Translations under genes and position numbers: made by a program
DNA from: Chiloscyllium plagiosum
Lineage: Eukaryota
NCBI RefSeq assembly: GCF_004010195.1
Contig: NW_025215371.1
Coordinates: forward strand, 1 to 64,000
DNA length: 64,000 nt
Reading direction: 5' to 3'
Shown: positions 27,220 through 40,164 of the stretch, piece by piece
Layout of the letters: each line of letters starts with the position of its first letter
Position numbering within the stretch: the first letter of the stretch is position 1
The notes under the pieces: model-generated
Database searches by the model: none
What the model was told of the DNA's origin: nothing
What the model saw: the letters and a program-made list of their open reading frames with translations, nothing else

Positions 27220-27865
27220 CGGGTCTTTGGCCCAACTATCTTCCGCTCCTTCGCCAATCACTTTCACTTCAGAAGTAGGGATTTTGGTTGACGACTGGAC
27301 AATATTCAGCGTCATTTTCAACTGCTCAGACACTGATGTATAGAATGTCCATATGTGCAGGTTCTAAGTTTGCTCGCTGAGCTGGTAGGCTTATTCTCAT
27401 TGAGAACAATCTTACAACCTGAACCTCAACCTGAGCTAAAAATGTTCTGAAAAATCGCTGGCCAGCATCTAAAATCGGCAAAAGTGGCAAGTACCAGTCG
27501 TATCACATCCGTGCCTGGCAAAGACCATCTTCAACAAGAGAAAATCTGAGTATCCCGTGTTGACAATCAACAGCAATATCATTGTTGAATCCTCCATGAG
27601 CAACATTACGGGATGCAATATTGATGAGAACCTGAACAGGACTGACCATACAACTGTTGATACAAGATCAGAGAAGAGGCAAAAGGTCTTGCAGCGCTCA
27701 TCCCACCTCCTATCTGCCCACCTGACAAGATGTGAGTCAGGTGTGATACGGGATCCTCTCCATTTGCTGGATGAATGCTGCTTCAACAACACAAGAATCT
27801 TATCAACATGTGGGACAAAACAGCACTTTTGATTGTCAACAACTTTCACCATTGCCTTTCATCAC
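27220..27865 (+). mobile_element. Decayed CR1/L2-group LINE RT fragment (subfamily distinct from HER1), with a small Penelope-like insert at about 27350-27470
   Basis: cccaactatcttccgctccttcgccaatcac...tcagaagtagggattttggttgacgactgg reads as a degenerate PTIFSCFIND...SEVGMFADDC RT motif. Confidence 0.7.
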
Positions 27866-28179
27866 CATTGGTATCCTTTCTTGTGTAACACCTCTCTTGG
27901 TAGGGGTCTGTGCTGCCCACCAGTTGGTGAGGTACATCCCACAACAGGCCTGCACATCAGGACACACAATGTCTCCCAGATGTTGGGAACAACAGCCTGA
28001 TTTATCCAGCAAGGTTCCTTTTTGCTTTTGATGGTGCTTTTTGCGTCTTTCAATATGATTGCATCATTTGTTTGGGAAATAATGTTGAATAGAGGAAGGA
28101 TGCCTTTCTGAAATTGGAATTGCTTGTTTTGAGATTTTACACTGTATTGCCTGCGAGAATATTTCATAATTACTTCACA

Positions 28180-29340
28180 AAGAAATAGATTGAAGGAATT
28201 GAAGAGCAGTGAGTCAAATCAAACATGATATAATATCCAACAGAGTCACTAAATTCATTTGGACAGAAAGGTAACATGTTTTTCTGGTATGACTGTGAGT
28301 AAAGATTTCAAACAACATTGTGAGTGGTAAAGCACCAAAAAAGACACACACATACAGGAGTGTGAGTGTTCCACTGAACTGACTGTAGAAAATATTTAAC
28401 ATTATACAGTTGACAGTCCAAAAAAAATCACAGACAGAGAAGCTGTAAATATGTTGTGTTTTTGAGAAAGAATTCAACAGATCATCCAACTTGGAGATAC
28501 GTGAGGCGATCAGCTCCATGGAAATGTCTGGATTATAGAAGGACTGCAAATTCCCAGACAAGCTGGAAACTCATCAACATAGATATTGTTAGGAGAGAGC
28601 GTTCACCTGATCTATGTGTGGGAAGGGATTTACTCCGTCCTCCAGCTTCATGAAACAGCAGTGGATTTACACTGACAAGAGTCCTTTCCCCTGACTGTGG
28701 TGAGCAAAAAAGGTATGATCTGTAAAGGTCTTAAATTCAATGGTCGTTACTTAACATCGCCCTGTTCACATGTGGAAAAGTCATTCAGCTGTTCCATGTT
28801 TGGGAAAGTATTCACTTGGGCATCCATCTTAATGTCACACAAACGTCTTCAGCATCGGGAAAGAAGCATTGTCTGCTCTGTTTGCGAAGGAATAAACTTC
28901 ACAGTTCAGCCGAATGTCAACCCGTGAGTTGACACTGGGGAGAGATCAATCATCTGCTCGTTGTATGAGAAGGGATTTATTAAATCAGCAAAGGTTCAAA
29001 GGCACAGGTGTGGCCATTCTAGAGAGAGAGACTGTACGCTTGCACTGAATGTGGGAAACGATTCACTTCGTCATCTGTACTCAGTGAGCACCAGCACAAT
29101 CACACATTTTACCTGCTCCTTGGGTGGGAAGGGGAAACTCGTTTCTAAGATTTCAGCAGCTATGGCTTTGTTCACATCAATGAGAGAAAATTTAAATTCT
29201 CTGACTGTGAGAAGAACTATATGAGTAGCAATGATTTGATGAAACACCAACAAGCACATTGTAGGGAGATGCCGTTCACCTGCACTCTTTGTAGCAAGGG
29301 ATCCAATTATTCATCCCCACATGTGATACGCCATTGAGTG
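28180..29340 (+). pseudogene. Tandem C2H2 zinc-finger gene, pseudogenised
   Basis: Roughly a dozen degenerate fingers and linkers: SMCGKGFTPSSSFMKQQWIYTDKSPFP, SHVEKSFSCSMFGKVFTWASILMSHKRL, DTGERSIICSLYEKGFIKSAKVQRHRCGH, YACTECGKRFTSSSVLSEHQHNH, HCREMPFTCTLCSKG. Multiple stops and frameshifts. Confidence 0.9.
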
Positions 29341-29565
29341 GGAATCGGTTTAGCTGAGTTGGCTCTCTTGTTGGTTTGCAAAACAGCGTGATGCCAACAA
29401 CACGGATTCAATTCCCATTACCAGTTTGAGTTTTCCATGAAGGAGTTTCCTTCTCAAATTCTTCCATCTCCTAGGGGTGTGGGGGCCCTCTGGTCAAATC
29501 ACCACGAGTCGCTTTTCTCTCTGTTGAAGAGAGCAGCTCCTGTGGACTGCTAAGACTATGATGAC
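29340..29565 (+). mobile_element. tRNA-derived SINE inserted at the 3' end of the ZNF pseudogene
   Basis: A-box-like gtttagctgagttgg and B-box-like ggattcaattccc. ZNF-like sequence resumes afterwards (cacattccagtgag...attctgctgttattg). Confidence 0.65.
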
Positions 29566-29939
29566 ACACACATTCCAGTGAGGTCGCATGTGATTGTATT
29601 CTGCTGTTATTGAATCCAGAACTGAACTGTGTTCATCCTGTCAGCAGCGGTTTACTTCATTGGATAGGAATTATCTCTTTAATTGAACTAAGATCTAATT
29701 TTTCAGGTATCAATCACATCAACCATGATTTCTCTCCCATCAGTTAAGACTAGTAGATATTCCATTTACTGCCCTGTTCTTGGGTCTTTTATTCATTGCT
29801 AAGGTTTGATTTGTATTTACAAATATTTTCACACATTCAGGATTTATGCATGTGCTTCATAGCAACTGAGGTCGTTGTGAAGTGTGGTCACTGTTGTGGG
29901 AGATACAACAGATAAATAGTGCTGATGTGCAGTGGGAAT

Positions 29940-32900
29940 CCATTTCGGTCCAACCTGTCCATGCCAACGAGATATCCCAACCCAATCTAGTCCCACCTGC
30001 CAACACCCAGCCCATATCCCTCCAAACCCTTCCTATTAATATACTCATCCAAATGCCTCTTAAATGTTGCAATTGTACCAGTCTCCACCACATTCTTTGG
30101 AAGCTCATTCCATACACGTATCACCCTCCGTGTGAAAACGTTGTCTCTTAGGTCTCTTTTATATTTTCCCCCCTCACCCTAAATCTATGCCCTCTAGTTC
30201 TGGACTCACAGACCCCAGGGAAAAGACTTGCTCTAATACTCCTATCCATGTCCCTCATAACTTTGTAAACTTCTATGTGGTCACCCCTCAGCCTCCAATG
30301 CTCCAGGGAAATCAGCACCAGCCTATTTATCCTCTCCATGTAGCTCAAATCCTCCAATCCTGGCAACATACTTGTCAATCTTTTCTGAACCCTTTCAAGT
30401 TTCACAAAGTCTTTCCGATAGGAAGGAGACCAGAATTGCATACAACATTCCAACAGTGGCCTAACTCATGTCCTGTAAAGCCGCAACATGACCTCCCAAT
30501 TCTGTACTCAATACTCTGACCAATAAAGGAAAGCATACCAGACGACTTCTTCACTATTCTATCTTCCTGCGACTCCACCTTCAAGGAGCTATGAACCTGC
30601 ACTCCAAGGTATCTCTGTTCATCAACACTCCCTAGGACCTTACCATTAAGTGTATAAGTCCTGAGAAGATTCGCTTTCCCAAAATGCAGCACCTCACATT
30701 TATCTGATGTAAACTCCATCTGCCAATTCTCAACCCAATGTCCCATCTGGTCCAGATTCTGCTGTAATCTGATGTAAACCTCTTTGCTGAGCACTACACC
30801 ACCAATTTTGGTGTCATTTGCAAACTTACTAACTGTACCTCTTATGGTCACATCCAAAAAATTTATGTAAATGACAAAACGTAGAGGACCTAGCACCGAT
30901 CCTTGTGGCACGCTACTGGTCACTGGCCTCCGGTCTGAAAAACAACCCTCCACCACCACCCTCTGTCTTCTACCTTTGAGACAGTTCTGTATCCAAATGC
31001 CTAGTTCTCTCTGTATTCCATGATACCTAATCTTCCTAATCAGTCTCCCATGGGGAACCTTGTTGAACGCCTTACTGACGTCCATATAGATCACATCTAC
31101 TGCTCTGCCCTCATCAATCCTCTTTGGTTCTTCTTCAAAAAACTCAATCACGTTTGTGAGACATGATTTCCCATGCACAAAGCCATGTTGACTATCCCTA
31201 ATCAGTCCTTGCCTTTCCAAATACATGTACATGCGGTCTCTCAGGATTCCCTCCAACAACTTGCCAACTACTGAGGTCAGGCTCACCGGTTTATAGTTTC
31301 CTGGCTTCTCTTTACGGCCCTTCTTAAACAGTGGCACCACGTTTGCCAAACTCTAGTCTTCCGGCACCTCACCTGTGACTATTGATGATACCAATATCTC
31401 AGCAAGAGGCCAGGTAATCACTTCTCTAGCTTCTCACAGAGTTCAGGGGTACACCTGATCAGGTCCTGGGGATTTATCAATCTTTAACCGTTTCAAGACA
31501 TCCAGCACTTCCTCCTCTGGAATCTGGACATTTCGCAAGATGTCACCATCTATTTTTCTACAATCTATATCTTCCGTATCCTTTTTAACAGTAAATACTG
31601 ATGCAAAATATTAATGTAGTATCTCCTCCATTTTCTGTGGCTCCACACAAAGGCCGCCTTGCTGATCTTTTAGGGGCCCTATTCTCGCCCTAGTTACCCT
31701 TTTATCCTTAATGTATTTGTAAAAACCCTTTGGATTCTCCGTAATTACATTTACCAAAGCTATCTCATGTCCCCGTTTTGCCCTCATGAGCTACCTCTTA
31801 TGTATACTCCTACGTCCTTTATACTCTTCTTAGGATTTATTCGATCTATCCTGTCTATGCTTTCTTCTTTTTCTTAACCAAACCATCAATTTCTTTCGTC
31901 ATCCAGGATTCACTATACTTACCCGCTATCCCTTTCACCCTGACAGGAATACACTTTCTCTTGTTATCTCATTTCTGAAGGCTTTCCATTTTCCAACCGT
32001 CAGTTTACCTGCAAACATCTGCCTCAATCAGCTTTCAAAGTTCTTGCCTAATACTGTCAAAGTTGGCCTTTCTTCAATTTCGAACTTCAACTTTTAGATC
32101 TGGTCTATCCTTTTCCATCACGACTTTCAAACGAATGGAATTATAGTCGTTGGCCCCAAAGTGTTCCCCAATGACACCTCAGTAACCTGCCCTGCCTTAT
32201 TTCCCAAGAGTAGGTGAAGTTTTGCACCTTCTAGAGTAGGTACATCCACATACTGATGTACACACTTAAGAAGTTCCTCTCCATCTAAACCTTTAACACT
32301 ATGGCAGTCCCAGTCGATGTTTGGAAAGTTAAAATCACTTACCATAGCTCCCCTAAAATTCTAACAGATAGCTGAGATTTCCTCACAAGTTTGTTTCTCA
32401 ATTTCCCTCTGACTGTTGGGGAGTTTATAATAGAATCCCATTGAGATGATCATCCGTTTCGTATTTCCCAGTTCCACGCAAATAACTTCCCTGGATATAT
32501 TTCCTGGAATATCCGCCCTCAGCACAGCTTTAATGCTATTCCTTATCAAAAATGCCACTCCCCATCCTCTCTTGCCTCACTTTCTATCCTTCCTGTAGCA
32601 TTTGTATCCTGCAACATTAAGCTGCCAGGCATGCCCATCCCTGAGCCATGTTTCTGTAATTACTATGATATCCTAGTCCCATGTTCCTAACCATGCCCTG
32701 AGTTCATCTGCCTTCCCTGTTAGGCTCCTTGTATTAAAATAAATGCTGTTTAATTTACTAGTCCTACTCTGTCCCTGCCTGCCCTGACTGTTTGAATCAC
32801 TTCTGTTCTCAGCTGTAAGGGTCTCAGATCGATCTCTTTCCTCACTATCTCCCTGGGTCCCACCCCACCCCACCTTACTAGTTTAAATCCTCCCAAGCAG

Positions 32901-34272
32901 TTCTAGCAAAATTCCTGCCAGTAAATTAGTCCACTTCCGATTTAGATGCAAATCGTCCTTCTTGTACAGGTCACTTCTACCCCAAAAGAGATTCAAATGA
33001 TCCAAAAATGTGAATCTTTCTCCTCCGCCATACATTCATCTGCTCTCTCCTCCTATTCCGGCCCTCACTAGCTCGTGGCACTAGGAGTAATCCAGATGTT
33101 GCTACATTTGACGACCTCCATTTTAAATTTCTGCCTAACACTCTGTAATCTCCTTTCAGAATCTCAACCTTTTCCCTTCCTATGTCGTTGGTTCTAATGT
33201 GGACAATGACCTCCTGCTGGCCCCTCTCCCCCGTGAGAACATTCTGCACCCTCTCTGAGACATTCTTGCACCTGGCACCAGGGAAACACCATTCTGCTTT
33301 ATCTCTGCTGGCCACAGAAACGTATGTCTGTATCTCGAACTACAAAATCTCCTAATGCAATTGATCCCTTGGAAGCCGACGTACCCCACGTTGCATTAGA
33401 GCCAGTCTCAATACCAGAAACCTGGCTGTTCCTGCTACGTTCCCCTGAGAATCCATTACGCCCATTATTTCCCAAAACAGCATGCCTGTTTGAAATTGGT
33501 ATATCCAGAAGTCTCCTGCCTTAGGTTCCTACCTCTCTAACCCTTCCTGGAGTTAGCCTATCTATGTGACTGTATCTGCAACTTTTCTCCCTTCCTATAA
33601 CTGCCATCCGTCACATAATATTGCTGTTGCAAATTCCTCATCGCTTCTATCTGTCTCTCCAACCAATCCACTCGATCTGATAAGATTCGCATTCAACAGC
33701 ATTTATGACAGATATAATCCGCAATACCCCTTAAACACTCTTTAAACTCCCACATCTGACAAGAAGTTATATCACTGCAAAAGCAATTTGTGTTCCTTGA
33801 CAATCTACTGACCCAAAAGATAACACCGTCTTATTCCTCTGCAAATACTGTCCCGGTTAACTTAATAGCTATGGCTAATATTTTAAGTTTAATCAAGAGA
33901 CTTATCTCCAACAACATATAATAATCAAGAAAGAACCTACTGTACTCACTCATACAGCCTTTCTCTTGGACAGACTTAAAAAACAATTAACTTTTCTGAT
34001 TCTATGCTGTAAACGTCGCCCAACAGTTCCTCCAAGATTAGTTTTGAATTTCACTGTTTGTTAATTTTCCCAGATGCACTCCGATGCCCAGCGATACACG
34101 AATTCAAACAGCAAAGGTGTTTTGACTTTTTTTCCTCAACGTTCTAAAACAATGAAACAGCATATAAAACAGTAATTGCTGCGCCTGGAATTCGAGGAAA
34201 TCACCTCCAACACCTAAAATACCTCACAAAAAGGAGCAGCTCTCACAGCCAGAATTTTTTCCTATCCTCCAA
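29940..34272 (-). mobile_element. Near-full-length CR1 LINE (5' UTR, ORF1 with esterase domain, ORF2 APE-RT), disrupted
   Basis: ORF1 SGNH-like CFPGAR...VIVHIRTNDIG (32977-33390). APE remnants SIYFNTRSL, DFNFPNIDW (32127-32870). RT ORF 30402-31349 (SQHGFVHGKSCLTN, VPQGSVLGP, SKFANDTK). C-terminal ORF 30148-30453. Confidence 0.95.
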
Positions 34273-35811
34273 CCAAATGTGTTACTTGCTGCAGAAATCC
34301 CGGACTTTGACCTGCTCTTTTGGCCAAAGTGTTTGTATGGCTGCTGTAGTTAGCTTCTCATAGAGACTCAAACTTTTACAGCACTGAAAGAGGCCTTTTG
34401 GCCCATCTCACTAATGTCAGGCATCAAGCACCTAATCGACTCAAATCCCATTTTCCAGAACTTGATCTGTAGCCTTATGCGCTGTGGTGTTTCAAGTGAT
34501 CATTGATATATACTTTTTAATTCCACCAGCTCCAGCGAAATGCCAACACCATACACATATTCCACTTCCACCTCTTGTCCGCCTTCAGCAGGGACCATTC
34601 CCTCTGGGAAACACTGGTGCATTCTGCCTTCACTTTCAACACCTCCCCCCACAGCTCCATGGAATCTTGCCCTGCATTTGCTGAAGATGTGACCCATGGA
34701 TTAAAACACTGCAGATCAGATCGAGGAGCAGGGGTAGGCCATCCGGCCCTTCAAGCTTGCTCCACCACTCAGTAAGATCATGGCTGATCTTTCCATGGAC
34801 TGAGATCAACGAACCCGTCCTCTCACTGTATCCCTCCCTTCCTTCATTGTTAAAAGAAAATCTTATCTTTAAAAACGTTTACTGAAGTAGTGTTAACTAC
34901 TTCACTGGGATTTCACTGTTTGTTAATTTTCCCAGATGCACTCCGATGTCCAGCGATACATGAATTCAAACAGCAAAGGTAGTAACGGTGTTTTGACTTT
35001 TAGTTAGCTTCTCATAGAGACTCAAACTTTGACTTTTTTTCCCCAACGTTCCAAAACAATGCAACAGCATATAAAACAGTAATTGCTGCTCCTGGAATTC
35101 GAGGAAATCACCTCCAACACCTAAAATACCTCACAAAAAGGAGCAGCTCTTACAGCCAGAATTTTTTTCCATCCTCCAACCAAATGTGTTACTTGCTGCA
35201 GAAATCCCGGACTTTGACCTGCTCTTTTGGCCAAAGTGTTTATATGGCTGCTGCAGTTAGCTTCTCATAGAGACTCAAACTTTTACAGCAGTGAAAGAGG
35301 CCTTTTGCCCCATCTCACTAATGTCAGGCATCAAGCACCTAAACGACTCAAATCCCATTTTCCAGAATTGATCTGAAGCTTTATGCGCTGTGGTTCAAGT
35401 GATCTTTGATATATACTTTTTAATTCCACCAGCTCCAGCGAAATGCCAACACCATACACATATTCCACTTCCACCTCTTGTCCGCCTTCCGCAGGGACCA
35501 TTCCCTCTGGGAAATACTGGTGCATTCTGCCTTCACTCTCAACACCTCCCCCCACAACCCCATGGAATCTTGCCCTGCATTTGCTGAAGATGTGACCCAT
35601 GCATTAAAAACACTGCAGATCAGATCGAGGAGCAGGGGTAGGCCACCCGGCCCTTCAAGCCTGCTCCACCACTCAGTAAGATCATGGCTGATCTTTCCAT
35701 GGACTGAGATCCACGAACCCGTCCTCTCACTGTATCCCTCCCTTCCTTCATTGTTAAAAGAAAATCTTATCTTTAAAAACGTTTACTGAAGTAGTGTTAA
35801 CTACTTCACTG
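34047..35811 (+). repeat. Direct tandem duplication, unit about 0.86-0.9 kb (34047-34908 and 34909-35811)
   Basis: tttcactgtttgttaattttcccagatgcactccgatg starts both copies and gtagtgttaactacttcactggg ends both. Near-identical ORFs 34500-34697 and 35331-35600. Confidence 0.95.
34500..34690 (+). mobile_element. Penelope-like element fragment (second copy at about 35400-35590)
   Basis: HIFHFHLLSAFSRDHSLWETLVHS (second copy SAFRRDHSLWEILVHS) resembles the segment upstream of the GIY-YIG domain in fish/shark Penelope ORFs. Confidence 0.65.
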
Positions 35812-37620
35812 GGCAAAGAATTCTGAAGATTAGCAATTCTCTGGGTGAAGAAGGTCCTTCTCAATTCAGTGCCGAATCTGCTCCCTCTCATCTTGACGGT
35901 ATGCCTCTTGTCGAAGTTTCACCCGCAAGTGGGAACATCCTTTCGACTTCTACCTTCTCTAATCCCTTCAAAGTTTTATATACCCTCTCATTCTTCTGAA
36001 TTCCAATGAATACATTCCCAATCTACTTAGACTCTCCTCAGAAGTCAACACCTTCAACTCCGGAATCAACCTAGTGAACTTCCAGTGCCAGTACTTCCTT
36101 TCTCAAGTAAGTAGACTGCACACAATCCTCTCGGGATAGCCTCACCAGCACCTTGTACAGCTGAAACCTAATCTCCCTAATCTGAAACTCAATCACTTAA
36201 GCAATGAAAGACAACATCCCATTTGCCTTCCTAATGACTTGTTGTACCTGCAAACCAACCTTCTGTGATTCGTGCACAAGGACTCTCAGGTCCCTCTGCA
36301 TAGCAGAATGCTGCAACTTTGTATCAAGCAAGTAATTATCCTTATTACTTTTACTACTACCAAAATGTATGACTTCCCATTTACTAACATTGTATTCCAT
36401 CTGCTAGAACTTTACCCACTCATACAATGTATCTACGTTCCTCTGCAAATTTTCACAGTCTACGGCACACTTTGCTCTGCTATTCACCTTAGTGTCATCT
36501 GTAAACTTTGACATGCTACACATGGTCCTCAACTGCAAATCATCTACATATATTGTAAATAATTGCAGTTCCAATACCGATCGCTGAGGCACACCACGAG
36601 TCAAAAGTTGACAGCCAGAGTAGCTCTCATTTATCCCCACTCTTTGCTTCCTATTAGACAATGCAACCAATCCTAGATCAATGCCAGTACTCTCCCCGAA
36701 CCCGTGCATCCTTGCGTTATGCGTCAGCCTCTCCTTCGGCACCTTGTCGAAGGCTTTTTGGAAATTGAGGTACAGCAAATGTACTGGGTCCACATTGTCC
36801 ACCATGCTCGTAATGTCTTCATGGAATACCAAAAGCTTTGTAAAAAGCATTACCTGACCCTCATGTGCCCATGCTGTGTCTGTCCATCTTTCTATCGTGA
36901 TGCCTTGCTATTTCTTCCTTGATAAGAGTCTCAAGCATTTTCACCACTACAGAAGTTACGCTAACTGATCTATAATCCCCCATCTTTTGTCTACCTTCCT
37001 TTTTAAACAGTGGCGTCACATTTACTGTTTTACAATCTGCTGGAAATGGCGCAGAGACCAGCAAATTTGGAACATTACGTGAAGTGCACCTGTTTTATCC
37101 CCTGCTGTCTCGTTTATCACCCTGGGATGCATTCCACCACGGCCAGGAGACTTGTCTATCCTAAGCTCAATTAGCTTGCACAACACTCGCATTTCCATAA
37201 TAATGTTTTTTTTTCTCAGGTCCTCAGCGTCTTCATCGCTTTGTCAATTACTGGCATGTTATTAGTGCCATCCACTTGAAGACCGACACAAAATGCCTGT
37301 TCAATGCATCCGCCATTTCATCACATCCCATAACTAAATGTCCCTTCTCATCCTCCAACGGACCAACATTTACCTTAGCCACTCTTTTCCATTTAATGCT
37401 TTAATAGAAACTTCTGCTATCTGTCTTTAAATTCTTTGCTACTTCTATTCTCTCCTGTTCTTTCTTACGGTTCTTTATCGCTCTTTTTGTGGTTTTCTTT
37501 TGACCTTTAAAGCTTTCTCAATCTTCCAATTTCTTGCTGTGTTTGACCACTTTGTATCCCTCATCTTTCAATGCGAGCGACTCCCTTATTTTCTGAGACT
37601 TCCAGGGCAGACTCACGCTT
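35600..37620 (-). mobile_element. CR1 LINE (different subfamily), decayed
   Basis: ORFs 36861-37064 (DCKTVNVTPLFKKEGRQK), 36404-36850 (FQKAFDKVP, GVPQRSVL, SKFTDDTK) and 36197-36400. Confidence 0.9.
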
Positions 37621-37621
37621 T

Positions 37622-37732
37622 GATCTAGAAGATGATGGCCATGATCTAGCAGAACTATAAATACTCCCATGCTATTTTGGGATTAATAAATGGAAAGGTG
37701 GAGAGAATGTGAACAGTAGAGCTGATTGTGAG
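37622..37732 (+). pseudogene. CEP350: CEP350-like exon remnant (3' part of exon, 5' side abuts CR1)
   Basis: DLEDDGHDLAEL*ILPCYFGINKWKGGENVNSRADCE followed by a phase-0 donor GTGAGA. Resembles CEP350 ELGHDLHSISIPTKLLG...STSKRVYKQ (recalled sequence). Confidence 0.6.
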
Positions 37733-39709
37733 GTGAGATCAAGCGTTTGAGTTTGAAAACAAAACTTTTTTTTTTCTCAGTTCAGCATGAAAGGTATGGG
37801 TTAATAGTGCTCGACAGCAGCTGAGATTGATGATATACACAACAGAGCACGTTAAAAAACGTTATCTCCATCCTGATGACTGCTTTGAATTCAATTTACC
37901 ATTCTGCCCCTTCCCTAAAAATCCAAAGCCCATTTGTCCTCCACTGTTTGTACACTCCCATTGTTAATTCATCATCATTATCATACTGTCATCCATTAAT
38001 TGCCATAGAACATAGAGCACAGAACAGGCCCTTCGGCCATCTGTGATAACTTTGCCCACTTCGAGAACCTATAGGTTCGGTTTCTATTTACACAATATAT
38101 GGCATCCCTTCCCAGCCACTGAGTATTTTTTTCAAGTCCTTCTGTGTCATTTCTGTTTTTGCATTGCAGTTTCCATTGATTGATAACACAATGTATGATT
38201 GTTATTTACCTTCTTAAAACTCTCTAGAATCTTGATCTTCCACAGGTCACTACATAATTTTCAGATGAAGAAAGCCTTAAAGGTTAAACTTCACAATCTG
38301 TGATCATATATTTACCTCTTTTCCTGATAACATCTTGTGGATTTGTACTATGTTGAGTTTCCCAAAATTGACCAAAGTATTCTAAGATCTTATGCAACTT
38401 AATGTGGCTTAAATTGTTTGTGTCCAATTGGAACAGCCAAGTTTTTTTTAATGGCCATATCTATCACCGAAAATGGCCTGTAGGTTTGAATGTTGTGTGG
38501 CCTTTGCTCTAATCTGTTTAGGATCTTAAAATTTCAGGATTAATTCCTTTTCTTATCCACTCAAGGTGTCACCTCATCTCACTCTTAACTTCGTATACTG
38601 CAATTTTGTAAAAGGCTCAGTGGGCCCATTTTACTGGATGGTTTCCAAGTTGAGTTCCATAATTCCTCTTCTCCAAGTCAGACAGCCCCTGCCAAACACC
38701 AACCCCTGGCCCCACTCCAACCAAACAATGTGTTCACTACAAATATTTTTCTGTTATTGCACTACAATTCAATTTCAGTCCATTCTACAGAAGTTGGAAT
38801 CATTTGATTTCTTTCTGTGTTTCAAGTGTTTATTAATATAACAATTAAGGGCAAGAGGAGCATGGCTCCTGTGGACTCCTTCCATTCTCCATATCTTTCT
38901 AATTCCAAATCTTTATTTAACCCTGACCCTCACAGTTTCCCAACCACCACTATCCATTTGACTATGCTCCCCTTCATTTGAGGTGCCCTTAAGTTTTGAC
39001 ATTGATCTCAGAGGCAAATAATTCCTGAAAATCCACGTAAACCATATACCCTTTTTCCCACTAACCTGTTCTTCTGTTAATAAAACCTTGTCAAATTGTT
39101 TGATAGTTCACAACCTGCTAATTAGAAATTCATGCTAATTGCTCCTGATTAGCTAATCTCTCTTTAAGAGCTCGTACTTCACTCCATATTGCTTACTCTT
39201 AATTTCCCAACAAACGAAGAAAAACTAACTGGTAGAGAAATTTCTATTTTTTTTTCGTTTTATTGAATGAGGAGTTAACTCCCCTCCAATCCTTTGTTCG
39301 AATTGTAGGTGGGAACAATTGGAGCCATGACAGTTTGCTCTCTATTTACAGCATGTCCCACAGATGTGTTTTTTTTTTAAAAGATTTGCCTCCTTTTATG
39401 TTGTGGTTCCGTCATTCATATTATAATAGTACTCTTGTCTAATACATCTGCACGAACCCTTGGTAGTTCTGCCATCCTATTAAACCCTTTCTCGAATCTC
39501 TCTTTTGCCTTCTGTCCTGCAAATCAATCAAATTCCAAATTTATCCTTGGTTCAAATCATGGAGCAAACAGTTGCTATTATATATATTTTGAACAGTATT
39601 CCCTTTGATTTCACTGTAGCGACCTAACGAGCTTTTTTGGGGGGGTGGGGGGGAGAGGAGAGGACATATCGAATATAATCGTTTCTCTGTCACTGTTTAT
39701 TTTTTCCAG

Positions 39710-39855
39710 CTTGTATTTAACATGACGAGAAAAAAAATCACTGAGATGTTTTCTGAAGACCCCAGTGCCAGCCAAGCCCCACTGATGAAGCCAAGCAGAA
39801 ATAACTCTGCTTTCATCAATCGAGTGAAAACCTATGGAATTTAAATGAAATGTAG
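39710..39855 (+). pseudogene. CEP350: CEP350-like internal exon, copy 1
   Basis: Acceptor tttttccAG and donor GTAAT. LVFNMTRKKITEMFSEDPSASQAPLMKPSRNNSAFINRVK/LWNLNEM* compared with CEP350 AVFDLTKEIFEEIFAEDPNLNQPVWMKPCRINSSYFRRVKNPNNLDEIK. Length 146 bp, with a 1-bp frameshift and a stop. Confidence 0.85.
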
Positions 39856-40164
39856 GTAATATCGCCATGTAATCCTTTTGTCCTACTTGTCAGAAAAAAA
39901 ATATTTTAAACGTTATCCTGGTTGGAGCTAAAATACATTTTGAGTAAATGAGTGACCCACCTTGTAAACTGTGGCCATTATCCTGACTTGGAAGTCTGTC
40001 ACTCATTCTTGGAAGTCTCTCCGTAATGAGATTGTGGCTAAAGCCCAGCACCATCTTCTCAAGGACAACTAGGAAGGGGCAATAAATGCTGATCAGACAG
40101 TGATACCCACATTTTATGAATGAACGAAAATAAATACTTTTCTCTAAGCACATTGAGCACTCTG

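Noticed and set aside
26851..27343. Overlapping ORFs suggesting a gene near the promoter motifs
   Set aside because: They resolve into a short Penelope-type repeat (about 26880-26975), a SINE-like piece and a plus-strand LINE RT remnant from about 27220
29340..29430. tRNA gene
   Set aside because: A- and B-box-like motifs are present but there is no convincing cloverleaf, and it continues into a SINE-like body
30402..31349. 315-aa RT ORF as an active or domesticated gene
   Set aside because: The catalytic motif is altered (FANDT instead of FADDT) and the flanking ORF2 parts are frameshifted, so it is an ordinary decayed CR1
38566..38841. Identical 91-aa ORF present twice (also 43771-44046)
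   Set aside because: Identity reflects the segmental duplication. It starts at GTG, has no recognisable domain and lies in CEP350-like intronic sequence.
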